Below are positions 63,787 through 64,000 of a DNA stretch of 64,000 nucleotides, piece after piece. The position numbers were made by a program, and so were the translations under genes. The stretch is from Microthyrium microscopicum (taxonomy: Eukaryota). The DNA lies in NCBI GenBank assembly GCA_010405405.1, contig MU004238.1:817530-881529 (forward strand). Reading direction: 5' to 3'. How positions within the stretch are numbered: the stretch's first letter is position 1; the number at the start of each line of letters is the position of its first letter. Under the pieces are notes generated by a model. It ran no database searches. It was not told the DNA's origin and saw only the letters and a program-made list of their open reading frames with translations.

Positions 63787-64000
63787 ATGAAAAACAACTA
63801 TCAACAAGCCTTTGCTGCCTCTCGTCCTCCATCATCACCACTATCTACACAGTACCAGCAGCAACCAGCTCGTTGCAGCCGCTGCGGCAGCACGATCAGG
63901 TGAGCTGCCCGATGTACGTCCAGTATGTACGATACTATTGGCAGTGACTAACAATTGCTTTTAGACCCACCAGGCGAACAAGCACGGTGAGCCAATATGG
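63787..64000 (+). pseudogene. Frameshifted paralog of the CCHC/RGG gene at 51121; runs off the window edge
   Basis: MKNNYQQ...QQQPARCSRCGS, then HDQVSCP in another frame. A GTACGT donor sits at about the same position as intron 1 of the 51121 gene. Confidence 0.55.

Noticed and set aside
63622..63807. Poly-Lys/Arg ORF
   Set aside because: It is simply the translation of the (CTT)n/(CCT)n microsatellite.
49000..64000. Starship or other giant transposon
   Set aside because: The content looks accessory, but no DUF3435 tyrosine recombinase or element boundary is visible in this window.

Overview
This is eukaryotic DNA from a filamentous ascomycete. It has short GT-AG introns with CTAAC branch sites and alternating GC-balanced gene blocks and AT-rich blocks degraded by repeat-induced point mutation (RIP). 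Gene block 1 (1-11.9 kb) holds urease, an HMG-box protein, a DUF6594 membrane protein, an Est1-like/tandem-retropepsin fusion and a zinc-ribbon protein. AT block 1 (11957-28628) resolves completely into a full-length Tad1-like LINE carrying a 1.1-kb tRNA-headed SINE and an 8.8-kb chromodomain Ty3/Gypsy element; all three keep their target-site duplications (TSDs). Gene block 2 (28.9-38.3 kb) holds dynein light chain, MRD1 with an intronic snR64-like snoRNA, an AbaA/TEA factor and a multi-dsRBD protein. AT block 2 (38.6-45.7 kb) is a RIP-degraded Helitron Rep region plus unclassified repeat DNA. The last 18 kb is accessory-looking: a divergent methyltransferase, a zinc-knuckle/RGG gene with a frameshifted paralog, a GIY-YIG gene, pseudogene fragments and stacked tandem arrays. 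The standout is a tRNA-Ala(AGC) gene at 48710-48908 interrupted by one canonical tRNA intron and two spliceosomal-type introns. All protein and RNA family assignments come from motif recognition by eye, not database searches.
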